Positions 26,453 to 38,206 of a stretch of DNA of 64,000 nucleotides are shown in pieces. The position numbers and the translations under genes are program-made. The notes below the pieces were generated by a model that saw nothing but the letters and a program-made list of their open reading frames with translations, was not told where the DNA came from and did no database searches. Positions within the stretch are counted from its first letter, which is position 1. Every line of letters starts with the position of its first letter. Source of the DNA: Paragordius varius (taxonomy: Eukaryota > Animalia > Nematomorpha); assembly GCA_964247055.1 (NCBI GenBank), contig OZ176052.1:3534001-3598000 (forward strand), read 5' to 3'.

Positions 26453-28249
26453 ATATTTAACAAATATAGCCACTGGTACCACGTAACGTTAAATCAACGG
26501 TCACCTCAAGCAAACAACAAAATATGTCATCATCTTATGACAATAATATGGTATTTTAAATAAAAATTTATTTCATCATTCTTAGCATTTTACTATCTGA
26601 AATTCTTTGCAGATCGTGAATAAAATATAACTTTCATTATGATAAATAAAGTATAGGAAAAAATAAAATAAAACGAGTTAACGTAATATATGTTAAAAAT
26701 ATTGAAACATAAATTTTATCTGTAAAAATATCTTTACATCTATATTTTATAATATAGCACGAAAACTCTTATAATTCGGATCAAGAATTGCCGTCTTCCA
26801 TATTTAGCGATAATGAAAGTGGAATCGACTCTTTGCACACGGCTGAACTATCGCCTGAGCATAAATCGTATGAAATTTGTTAAAATTATGAAAACATTGA
26901 ATTTTCAAATTTCGACTTCGAGTGACTTAATGATACTCCTCAAACAATTTCAAATGATTTTTTTGGCCATAATTTTGATGATTTGATTTAGCTTTTATCG
27001 ATATATTTTTATTATTAAAACAATTTTTAAATCATAGTCGAAACAAAATGCCAAAAGGCATATCACATCAGGGACACTCATCTATTACACCACATACAAA
27101 ATTACCACAAGCTATACAACATGGATCTTCATCTCTAAATACAAATTCTCAAACCGTTAATTCACTTCCCCCAATGGTTTGTAAAGTTTGTAAAAACAAA
27201 CCAACCCGTAATAATTTGTTTAACATTTTCCTGCATGATACAACAAAAAGTCACTCTGACTCTAACAACACAATAAATGATTTAAGAGCGAAAACACAGT
27301 CGAAATTGGCCATTGGATTAACAGTAAAAATTAAAATTATAAAGACAAACGTAAAACCTACTATACAGGATTTAATATTTTTCGATTCATGATATTATCT
27401 TTACAACATTACTTAATGACTACGATTGTGAAACATGATTTCACAACGATATGTTAAACCAAGAAAATCGTTATAAATATGGTTGTCCCTATGAATATTT
27501 GCATATTACTTTGTATGTTTTTTATTCTTTGAAATTTAAATTTTTCCTGTAATAAAACTTTTGCTGTATGTATCACAGGAAGAAACCAAAAATGATACTG
27601 AGGAAGACTTTCTCACTGCCTCTGCTAATTTGGGTGAACTTATTTTGTGTGCCAAATGTTCCAAATATTATCACATGAAATGCCATATTCCAACGCTCAG
27701 ATACCCACCTAGGTTAATTTTATTCCATCTATTAAATATAATTTTGTTTTACCGTTGATAAGTTTGATAATGTGTCAAAATTGAAATGTAAAGTTAAAGT
27801 TGTTCAATGACTGCAATGTAAAACGTATATTACCTAAATAGTATGAAATACTTTATTTGAATTTACCCAATACGAATATTGTTAATTATGGAGTTAAAAG
27901 TTTTGAATCTCAATTTTAACAACCATCTTCGTGTTGACTATATTTAAAAATTAAAGGATCCGAGAATATAATTTATTTTTTATATTACGGCCCTTTCTCT
28001 GATTTTTATTTGTAATTTTTAAAAGTTATTTTATTGAAAAATTGTTTACCTTTTACTTATAGGACCGGCTGGAAATGTTCAAAATGTCTTGGAGTCAAAT
28101 TACCTGTATATAAAAGCTGTAAGTTTTGTTCAAGTTTATTTTTTTTGAATTTGATTTTTTCATAATATAAAAATTTTATTTTTTATGATTTAGCATCCAT
28201 AAGCACTTCAATGAAACTCAAGAAAAAAAAGAAAAGGCGACGTCATTAA
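10665..28249 (+). CDS. BAZ1B: BAZ1-family (WSTF/ACF1) ISWI-complex subunit; multi-exon; WAC-DDT-WHIM-PHD-PHD; no bromodomain seen
   Basis: ATG 10665 gives [10 protein letters not shown], followed by the WAC motif [21 protein letters not shown] (exon from 10816). DDT-like [14 protein letters not shown] is at ~18390. WHIM1 is [13 protein letters not shown] (~20830), WHIM2 is [15 protein letters not shown] (~21630) and WHIM3 is [25 protein letters not shown] (~22240). [17 protein letters not shown] starts at 25252. [14 protein letters not shown] splices to PHD1 CKVCRRK...[30 protein letters not shown] (26216-26359). PHD2 is at 27579-28118. The last exon ends [11 protein letters not shown] at 28249, with AATAAA at 28312. 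The BAZ1B versus BAZ1A assignment rests on recalled motifs (GGLG, the SAE-x-A junction) and is not certain. Confidence 0.9.
16148..16284. mobile_element. Short MITE family, also at ~5750-5870 and ~56440-56570
   Basis: Inverted ends cttatttcacactatagtagggca and tgccttactatagtctgaaataag; a similar sequence recurs at the other two loci. Confidence 0.6.
19764..20026. mobile_element. MITE family with tacggacaaaacg-type TIRs; other copies at 40507-41258 and 53936-54189
   Basis: Terminal inverted repeats of ~70-100 bp (tacggacaaaacgtaaaaatataaa...aaagacaacca and its reverse complement) occur at three loci with internal regions of different length. Confidence 0.7.
22784..25114. mobile_element. Fold-back (near-palindromic) PIF/Harbinger-superfamily-like element in a BAZ1 intron
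   Basis: The termini are gacccatgttcgggt...acccgaacatgggtc, with a 3-bp ATT direct repeat at 22781-22783 and 25115-25117. The inverted arms are about 1 kb each (22784-~23820 and ~24050-25114). Each arm carries a frameshifted Myb/SANT-like ORF. Confidence 0.8.
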
Positions 28250-28698
28250 TTTCATTTTTTCAATTATTAATTCGTCTCTGTTTTGTGTTGAGACAATCCT
28301 TATTAATGTTCAATAAACGTTTTTTATTATTATGATAATTATGATTTCAATATAGTAAATTTATTCATTATTTTATGAATGGGATTTTGTGTTTGACATA
28401 TTTTGATCCCTTATATACCCTGTAAATATATAAATATAACTAAACAACCAATAAATTACTTATATTATATTTATATTTGAACTGAGATCTATCATAACTC
28501 AATGTATGATATAGATGATCTTTGGAAATAATTATATGTTTATACAAATAAATAACCATGATTTTTGCAAAAGGTTAAGTTTATATGGATCATTTAGTTT
28601 AATTTATTTTATATGCGGTATTTTAAACAACCGTATTGATGTTTATCCGTTCCTGTCATTGAATCGTAAAAAAGCCAGGATCATTTTATATTAATTTA

Positions 28699-29290
28699 CT
28701 AGCGTAAATCTCGTGCTGCTACGCAGCCCGAGGAAGTCCTTCGGACTTCTGGGGGGAGGGCTATTTGAAATAAGGGACAATAAAATGATCCACATATGTG
28801 GATTATTTCGAAACATTATTTAATAGATATGAATTTATAGGAATTTTAAAACGGAGCATTCATACTAATATATTGTTTAATTGGGGGAAAACAGATTTAA
28901 AAAAATATTTTTGTGGACTTTGTTTTTGTTAAAAATGGTATTTTACGAGGGGAGCGGGTAAAAAGAGGGACTAAATCAAAAAAGCGAGACGACTATGTTC
29001 GGCGCAATCGAAAATAAGTATATAAAAATCATATTGAAATTGAATGATCCAACACGTTCTCCAGAAAATTGTTTCAAAGACACGATTTTTGTGGACTTCT
29101 GTTTTCAAAAAAAAATCGTTTTTTACACGGGGTGGGCCCGAATTGGGGACCTATTTCAAAAAAGGGCGAAGCTATTGTCGGGACATTTATTAATGATTAT
29201 ATTTTTTCGATATTTGGATTTGATTGGGTTTACCGGTTTTCCGGTATCAGATCACAAAGCCAGCATTTTCCATTTTTATAAATATATAGA
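28699..29290 (-). mobile_element. Non-autonomous Helitron (same family as 7586-9655)
   Basis: On the minus strand it begins a|TCtatatatttataaaaatgg at 29290 and ends gggctgcgtagcagcacgagatttacgCTAG|t at 28699, with a gctgc-gta-gcagc hairpin. Confidence 0.85.
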
Positions 29291-29479
29291 TGCTTTAAAA
29301 AAATGCATTTTTAGTGAGTACAATTTTATTCGTAGTATTGTTATCTAAAAAATTTTATGGGAATTGAATCAAATAGAGTTTCATTTTTTTCAAACAAATG
29401 GTGCCGATTATGGTCCCAGTTTTCATAATCACATTTGTTATAACTGAACGTCTGCTGCAATTAATTACATATCTATAAT

Positions 29480-29742
29480 ATATAATTTACACTTCAAATT
29501 TACCCTTGAACAATTTTAATTCACCTAAGATATATTATTTTTTATAAAGATTAAAAATTACCTATATTTTTTGTATATTTAAAAAAATTAAATTTTTAAA
29601 ATAAAAATAATACTGAAAAATTAATAAACTAAGCCATAAAGATATATTTCATATTACTGATGAGTTATATTAGCCCGTAAATAATAATTTTTTAGAGTGA
29701 ATTTAAATTGATAAAGGGTGAATTCGAATTGTAAATGGTATA
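29480..29742. mobile_element. MITE; second copy at ~52612-52901
   Basis: Inverted ends atttacacttcaaatttacccttgaa and aagggtgaattcgaattgtaaatggtata; a similar sequence occurs in the receptor intron. Confidence 0.6.
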
Positions 29743-30297
29743 AATAAAACTTTTACGAGCTATAGTGTACAACACAAATTTAAATCCGGGTTAATTTTTG
29801 GGTTTTTATTTATTTTTTGCCCAATTTTTGGATTATATAGTTTCTAAAAATCGTAACATTTTAATAATTCATAATATATTTTAAACATTTTTTAACTTTT
29901 GCAGACTGAACAAAGCCGGTTAAACATCCCTGCTAAACGATATTTTATGCAAATAACATTAATTAAGTGTACATATTATTTTATCAAATCTCCCGCAGGG
30001 GCACATATCAGATTTATAAAAATATTGAAAGCTACACAACGCATTTGCCAAACAAATTAGATCGACGTCTTTAGGATCTTGTACATAATTATTAATGTCC
30101 TTTTTCAAAGTAGTTAGAATCTCATCTGACTCTTAAACGTTGTCCTCAATAATTATAAGCAATAAAATATTAAGTTGTTAATTTAATTTTCTCATAGAGG
30201 GATGTATTTAAGATAAACTGTCGCCAGCTACGAACAAAATGTTAATTGATTTTGCAATTAAATTTTATTTATGATTAATTTGTAACGTTTAACCAAA

Positions 30298-30750
30298 CTT
30301 GCCATCCCGAAGGCGATGATATACCCCGTGGCAATTTATGGGTCCGAATCATGGATATGCAAATCTATTGACAAAGCCGCATAAACTCTTTTCAAATGTG
30401 GTCCTTTCAGAAAATATTGAGAATCTCCTGGAAAGCCCACATCTCCGATTCTTATGTCCTCAACCTCATCAAACCCGAATTTTTACTTTACGATTTAATA
30501 ATCTTACAGCTAAAATATCTGGGTCATATCCTGCGATCCGACTCGCTAGAAAAAAGCATACTCTTTGGGTTGGTAGATGGCACCCGCAGAAGGGGTCGAC
30601 CCAAAAAGCGGTGGATCGATGTGCTCAAATCAATAACAAATCTAACCTTTCATCAACTGTTGAGAGTAACACAGGATCGCCTAAAATGGAGAACACTAAT
30701 CTATGAGAAAGCCAGAGTCAGTATATGACTAGCTTATAACACACACACAC
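30298..30750 (+). mobile_element. 5'-truncated RTE/BovB-like LINE 3' fragment
   Basis: The translation AMIYPVAIYGSESW...ILRISWKAHISDSYVL...LKYLGHILRSDSLEKSILFGLVDGTRRRGRPKKRWID...QDRLKWR is typical of RTE ORF2 ends. An (AC)n tail follows at ~30738-30750. Confidence 0.85.
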
Positions 30751-31765
30751 AATATGGAATATATACATTTTCATGTATGGACATTCTATTTATAATTATT
30801 AAATAAAGACACCACATTGTATAATTTACCTATATATATGAGCATGTTGTGACCATGATAATTGGTTAATGATTTATTTAATTTTTATTTTTGAATTCTG
30901 GTTGTCGCATTACTATAAAAATGGTTTTTGTTATCAATTACAAAATGTAACTACTTTAACATTTCCAACAATATATATTATGAAACATTTGACTTCAAAA
31001 GTATGGACGCCCATCCACCAAAATACCATGCAAGATGTTTGTATTGATTCTGATGAGAATGTTTTAATCGATTTAAAAGCATTTTTTCTTATCAAAAAAT
31101 TGGTGATAATTCAGTTTGCACAAGGTATTATTTATTATTTTTGCCACAATAAATATATGCAAAAGATTTTAAATGCAATTATAACCTTTAATCTCGAATG
31201 TTGTAACTAGCAGATATAATAGATAATTCATTATAATTATTAACATCTTTATTAATGAATTTGATTATTGGAATATTTATTCTTGAATAACTACATTTTC
31301 GGTGTACCTTTTTTAAAATAGCGATATTGTGTTAATCTGACTATATATGTTGATTTCGATCGTTTACAATACAAAAATATTTGATTCCAACATTGATTTT
31401 ATTAAAATGATAAATTTAAACTTTTAAATGGTAATACTGAGAGTAAATATAAACATTGCTGAATAATATTTTTAAAATTAACAAAAGTACGTAATGACGA
31501 TTTTTTTTCGTAAGTTGTGGGTTCGTCAAATATCGTCAAGTAAATTGAATAATCAAATAAAAAACAATTGAATATTTTACATTTTTATTACCTGCCATTA
31601 ACATTATAAATTAGTATCAGTATCAGTATCAGTATCAGATTTTGAGAGCGCGCGAACAGATGCCTGGAAGCTAAAAGGTTAAGAGCTGCATTATAAAAAC
31701 TTGGCTGAACTGAGTTGAATTGAATCAACGGTAACACCTCTGTGCACCAATTAGCAAGTGATGCC

Positions 31766-32444
31766 TAGGGTTGTGCTGACCAAGTCATGACCCGGTTAAT
31801 TGACCGAGTCATGACCAGGTCAGTGACTATTTATTTTTTGACCATGGTCATTTAAAAAACAGTTGTTTTTTATAAAAATTGCTAGTAATTTTTTTTGGAA
31901 GAAAGATATTAAGATTTTATTTTTTTATATATTTTTCAAAAAATAAAAATTAAATATTTAAATATGCTTATCTAACAATAAATTAATTGTTAAACATGCA
32001 TTCTTATAACATTAGCATTTCATATTCAGTTATTTCGAAAAACAAAACAATCAAGCACTTTGCAAAATAGGCAATTATTCCATATTTGTGAACCAAAATA
32101 AAAAACATTCTATAATAGGATATTTTAATGATGAAAGAAAGTGTAAAACAAACAGGTAAAATTTTATTTAAAATATCCAGTATTAAAAGCTATGCATTTG
32201 AAGATTCAGAAGGCCAAAAACATGTGGCGAAATTTATTTTAAAATAAATTTCTTGATCAAATTTGATTGAACATATCTGTAAATAAATATAAATGTATAC
32301 GAACTTTTTAGAAAAAAACATGACATTAGTGAAACATGTAATTTGAACATTATTTTAACATATCGCATGATACTTAATAAGTAAAAAGTGGTCATGACCA
32401 TGGTCTGACCGGACTTTTTTGAAAAAGCAGTCAAATGCACCCTA
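31766..32444. mobile_element. hAT-like non-autonomous element
   Basis: Termini are tagggttg...cacccta, with subterminal gtcatgacc repeats at both ends. The degenerate 8-bp flanks gtgatgcc and gtaatccc match at 6 of 8 positions. Confidence 0.6.
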
Positions 32445-33877
32445 GTAATCCCTGTGCTATTTGAAACAAAATTTGGAATAAAAGTATCATTTCTGTGGAC
32501 TAAGTACTAAAGCTCTTAGCTCTTACACACTGTGACTCTAACTTTTTTGCACTGATAGAGTAAAGTGACCAGATAGGCTGTTTTTCGCAGTACAGTACTG
32601 GGTTTTCGAAAAAAACCGCGCCTGTACTGCGCTGACTTTTGTACTGCCTTTTGAAATAATTTTTTTTATAAATATGTTTTAATTACCATTTATTTATACA
32701 AGTTTTGTTTGTGGAATTCGATAGAGTACCCTTAGTTAAAATAAATAAATGGTTTTTTTACTGTAAAAAACTATGGTCTTTAATTTTAATATTTTATTTT
32801 CTGCTCTAATTTTACATGGAGTTGGGTTTTGGACCGGTCAAATCGTTTATGAATGCAGCCATTCGCGAAGTGGCGGAACTATCAATATCAGACTCCAGAT
32901 TTAGGCCAACCTTTCACTCAAGGCTTCCGCAAAAGCGACCTTAAAAATAAACAAAATAAATTAATATTTTAGTAATTTTCTCTTTTGAAAATTCATTTTG
33001 TTTCATATAAGTTTCAGCTAAATTAAATTTATTTGAGTTTACTTTAATTATAATTATCAAACAGAAAATTTTTATATTTCCGCAACATATTATTTTTAAA
33101 ATTCATTATATTTGGTTTCGATATTACCTATTTTCTAGGAATAAAACAACTTTTTTATGCTTTGGGTGGGGGGTATGTTCCTTAATTTTTTGCTTCCCTA
33201 AACTTTAATTTTTAGCCAGTTTTCTTTTCATTCTTTTGTACATAAACAAATTTATAGACCTATTAATTTTGGCACACACACACATAATAATAATTTTTTT
33301 ATTAATTCTTTTCATTTTAATTTTCTTTCCCATGCCTTTTCCTATAAACAAAATATGGACTACAGAAAAAACACAACTCACAATATGAAAGCAATTGTAA
33401 TAGTCAAAAATACAGAAGAAAATTGTGAAGCTTTTTTAGATAAAATTTCGCAAAACCTATAATTATTGGGACAAATACATAAATCTGAAAAACATATATA
33501 ATTTATTATTTATATTATTACTATTATAAAAAAATAATTGTTTATTAATAATTAACGTCATATACCATTGATTGTGTAGACTCAGAACTATTTAAATTAT
33601 TTTTGAATTTTACACTGTAGCAAAGTCGGCATTTGAATAATTTTCTATCCATTCACCTATCTTTTTTTCATCAACGCATAGTTTTACCAGCTCTCATATT
33701 TTTTTCAAAAAAGCTATGGAACAAAACTTTCATAAGATCGTATGTGAATGATTTTATCTGCACGGCAACATCTTATAAAAACCAGATATATTGTTTCTCT
33801 CTATTTTTATTATCATATATTAATAATTATATTGTTTTTGACAATTAGCATTTTTTAAAACAAACATACAATTATAA

Positions 33878-34450
33878 TCTATATATTTATAAAAGTGGAA
33901 AGTAGTGGCTTGATGATCTATTTCCGGGAAACCGGTAGATCCATTCAAATCCAAATGTCGAAAAAATATAATCATTATTGATTCCCCGACAATATTCGCC
34001 CTTTTTTTGAATTAGGCCCCCAGTTCGGGCCTAACCCGTGTAAAACGGTTTTTTTTGAAAACAGAAGTCCACAAAAATCGTGTCTGAGAGAATTTTCTGG
34101 AAAACGTGTTGGACCATTCAATATTAAATATGATTTTTGTTTACTTATTTTCGATTGCGCCGAACATAATCGGTTCGCTTTTTTAATTAAGGTCATCTTT
34201 TTACCCGCTCCTCCCATAAAATGCCATTTTTCCAAAAAAATTCAAAAGTAATTGTTTAATCTATTTTTAGCCCAAGTAAAAAATATATTAGTATGAATGC
34301 ACCGTTTTAAAATTCCTATGAGATCATAGCTATTAAATGTTTCGAAATAATCCACATATGGGGTTCATTTTATTGTCCCTTTTTTCAAATAGCCCCCTCC
34401 CAGTCCGAAGGACTTCATCGGGCTGCGTAGCAGCACGAGATTTACGCTAG
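33878..34450 (+). mobile_element. Non-autonomous Helitron
   Basis: It runs from a|TCtatatatttataaaagtgg to cgggctgcgtagcagcacgagatttacgCTAG|t. Confidence 0.85.
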
Positions 34451-35326
34451 TATTATTATATATCCATATATAACATGATATAATTATATGTACATACATT
34501 TATATTAAATTTTTAATAAATTTATTGTTGGATATTTTAATTGTTTCTAATGAGCTTATAAATAGTCCGAAAATTCGGTTAAAAATAGGCAAAGTATGTT
34601 TTAATTTTGTACTGCGCCAGGGTTATAAATATCTGGTCACATTATGATAGAGGAAATATACCAAAAGCTTCCGAAGTTTACAAAATAATATATCTTTAAG
34701 TCTAGAGCTTAATAGTTTACAAATATTTCATGCGTTTCTACGCAAAATTGATATTATTGTTCTATATTTCTCATTTCAAATAATTATTTCTAAATTTTAT
34801 GAAGTATTTTTTATTTATTTATTTACTATCTATTGCATTTTGACACTTGGATTTACAAATATTGAATGTTCAGATAACAAAATATTGATATATAACTCAG
34901 TATTTACTATTTATTACATATAACCATTTATCACACTGAATTTTTTAAGCGCAAACTCTTCATAACAAGCTGTCTGCTTTTAATAAGTTTTTAGTTTTAT
35001 TTTATCGTATGCATGGTCGTAAGTTGGTGCAACAATATAGTGTCAAAATTTTACCCTCTTTTTCGGAATTGGATTGAATAACAAGTATTTTTTTACGTTT
35101 TTGGCACATTAAAAGCACATTATAATATTCTGAATCATTAAAGAGGCACATACACATATTTTTTACCATTTCACTTGTGTGCAAAAATAGAGGGTCAATT
35201 TTTTTAACAAAAATGTTTTTTTCATGAGATAGCTTACAACCAGCGACGTTTGCTAATATTTATTTGTTGACGGCCTAGTTTTTGAATGAAAGAGAATCGT
35301 TGGGCAAATGAAAATTATAAGATTTA

Positions 35327-37071
35327 CTAGCGTAAATTTCGTGCTGCTACGCAGCCCGAGGAAGTCCTTCGGACTTCTGGGGGGGGGGGGGGGGTAATTT
35401 GAAAAAAGGGACAATAAAATAATCCACATATGTGGATTATTTTAAAACATTATTTAATAGCTATGATCTCATAGGAATTATAAAACGGTGCATTCATACA
35501 TTGATTGTTTACTTAAGGGAAAAAGAAATTTAAAAAAATATTTATACATATGATAGATAATAATTATTCAGCATCTATCATCAAAGAAACGCTTGACTAA
35601 ATTTTTTGCCTTTTAACAGGTAATACGAAAAATCCTTATCGAATTTTTACAGTCCCATACCTTGGGTTTTTTTGAAAAAAATGGCATTTTACGGGGGTAG
35701 CGGGTAAAATCAAAAAAGTGAGTCGACTATGTTCAGCGCGATCAAAAATAAGTAAGCAAAAATCATATTTGAAATTGAATGATCCAACACGTTCTCCAAA
35801 AAATTGACTTAACCCATTTTTCACACGGGGTGGGCCCGAACTGGGGACCTAATTCCAAAAAAGGGCGAAGCTATTGTCGGGGCATTCATTAATGATTATA
35901 TCTTTTCGATATTTGGATTTGATTGGGTTCACCGGTTTTCCGGAAACAGATCACAAAGTTACATGAGGAATCAGTTTTTAGCGGGTAGCTCCTTACCCAG
36001 CAGCTATCATCAAAGAAACGCCTGACTAAAATTTTTGCCTTTCAACAGGGAATACGTGGAATTTATATAGAATTTTTACGGTATCATACCTAGGGCGAAA
36101 AATCGATTTAAAAAATATTTTTGTGGACTTTGTTTTTTGAAAAAAATAGCATTTTACGGGGGGAGCGGGTAAAAAGAGGGCCTAAATCAAAAATGTGACT
36201 TGACTATGTACGGCGCAATCGAAAATAAGTACCCAAAAATCATATTTGAAATTGAATGGTCCAACACGTTCTCCAGAAAATTGTCTCAAAGACACTATTT
36301 TTGTGGACTTTTGTTTTCAAAAAAAACCCGTTTTTCACACGGGGTGGGCCCGAACTGGGGGCCTATTTCAAAAAAAGGGCGAAGCTATTGTCGGGGCATT
36401 CATTAAGGATTATATTTTTTCGAAGTTTGAATTTGAATGGGTCTACCGTTTTTCCTGTACCAGATCACAAAGCCAGCATTTTCCATTTTTATAAATATAT
36501 AGATTACCATAAATAATGTTTTAATATCCATATATCTTTTAACATGCTATACATATGAAAGATAATTCTTACTCAGCATCTATCATCAAAGAAACATTGA
36601 CTAAAATTTTTGCCTTTTAACAGGCAATACCTTCTCGAATTTTTACAGTCTCATACCTTGGGCAAAAAAATACAATCAAAAAATTATTTTTGTGGACTTT
36701 GTTTTTTTTGAAAAAAATGGCATTTTACAGGGGTAGCGGGTAAAAAGAGGGCCTAAATCAAAAAAGTGAGTCGACTATGTTCAGCGCGATCAAAAATAAG
36801 TAAACAAAAATCATATTTGAAATTGAATGGTCCAACACGTTCTCCAGAAAATTGTCTCAAAGACACGATTTTTTTGGACTTCTGTTTTCAAAAAAACCCG
36901 TTTTTCACACGGGGTGGGCCCGAACTGGGGGCCTATTTCAAAAAAGGGCGAAGCTATTGTCGGGGCATCATTAATGATTATATTTTTTCGATGTATGGAT
37001 TTGAATGGGTCTACCCGTTTTCCTGTACCAGATCACAAAGCCAGCATTTTCCATTTTTATAAATATATAGA
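35327..37071 (-). mobile_element. Compound Helitron: three tandem subunits, two 5' TC ends (36503 and 37071) and one 3' CTAG end (35327)
   Basis: The family core repeats at ~35640-35960, ~36000-36503 and ~36560-37071. TCTATATATTTATAAAA starts occur on the minus strand at 36503 and 37071. The single hairpin plus CTAG lies at 35327-35360. Confidence 0.8.
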
Positions 37072-37763
37072 TAATCATTTTATCGGATATTTATAATTTA
37101 TGAGCTTAACATATAAGGCTTTAAAAACTCGTATAAAAAACGTGTTTTCTTTAATATACTAATATCACAGTATATAATTTTGATTGACTAGCTAAACTGA
37201 CTATTAAAATCTCAACATTCTTATTCCAATTGGTGTGGGGCGTGCACAAAAAAAGGTTGGGAACCACTGCCTTAAATGATGTTATTGGATGCATTTCCAA
37301 TTAACAGCTCTAATTTACATTTTAATTGTTTTGTATCATAATGTGTATTATCAAAATAAAATTTATTAAAAACTGTTTTATGGTGGTCGCAAATTTTATA
37401 ATTCATTTTTTAATTACTTGTTGGCCATTATTTAGAGAATTTAAATAAAAATTTAAAAATAAAAATTTTACTAAATTTTAAAACCGCAAGTTTTACATGT
37501 ACCTTATCATCGCGATAAGATCTGTAGTAAATAATTTGATATTTCATAATTATACTTTTGTTACTTAAAATAAATATAATGATAATAAAAATTACAACTT
37601 GCGCCTAAAATACGAGATAAACTAAGTAACAACTTTATATTATATCAACTAAGATAAAATATATGCCATCTACTTTTTCTGATTGCTAAATTGTTTGTTC
37701 TTTTATTAATGATGTTTATCATAACATTGGTATTATGTTGTTTTTTCGAATTTTTGGAAACAA

Positions 37764-38130
37764 TCTATATATTTGTAAAAATAAATGATGCTGGTGTGAT
37801 CTGTTTCAGTAAAACCGGTAGACCCATTCAAACCCAAATGAAAATATATAATCATTAATGAATGCCCCGACAATAGCTTTGCCCTTTTTTTGAATTAGGT
37901 CCCCAGTTGGGCGCACCCCGTGTAAAAAACGAGTTTTTTTGAAAACAGAAGTCCACAAAAATCGTGTCTTTGAGACAATTTTCCGGTGTTGGACCATTCG
38001 ATTTAAAATGTGATTTTTGTTTACTTATTTTTGATCGCGCTGAACATAGTCGTCTCGCTTTTTTAATCTAGGCCCTCATTTTACCCGCTTCCCCTGTAAA
38101 ATGCCATTTTTTTCAAAAAAATTAAGTCCA
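37764..38130 (+). mobile_element. Helitron 5' half lacking its 3' hairpin/CTAG
   Basis: It starts a|TCtatatatttgtaaaaat, and similarity to the family core stops at ~38130. Confidence 0.7.
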
Positions 38131-38206
38131 CACCACCAAAATTTTTTGGATTCTGAAAGCTCATAATTGTTTAATATGTAAAAAAACGTACTCTAAAATT
38201 TGACAG

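Noticed and set aside
32810-32945. Isolated GC-richer segment with short open frames on both strands
   Set aside because: It has no recognisable motif or splice context and is probably a decayed repeat fragment.
34623-35275. Candidate 5' exons or signal peptide of the receptor (VINIWSHYDRG…, …FTIYCILTLGFTNIEC…, …ILFVDGL)
   Set aside because: I could not build a consistent chain of start codon, splice sites and phases, and hydrophobic peptides arise by chance in T-rich DNA.
28995-37096. Recurring 60-117 aa ORFs (MFGAIENKY…, MVQHVLQKIVSK…, …GPTRSPENCLKDTIF…)
   Set aside because: They are translations of the repeated Helitron core in several frames. Their stops differ between copies and they show no Rep/helicase or other recognisable motif.
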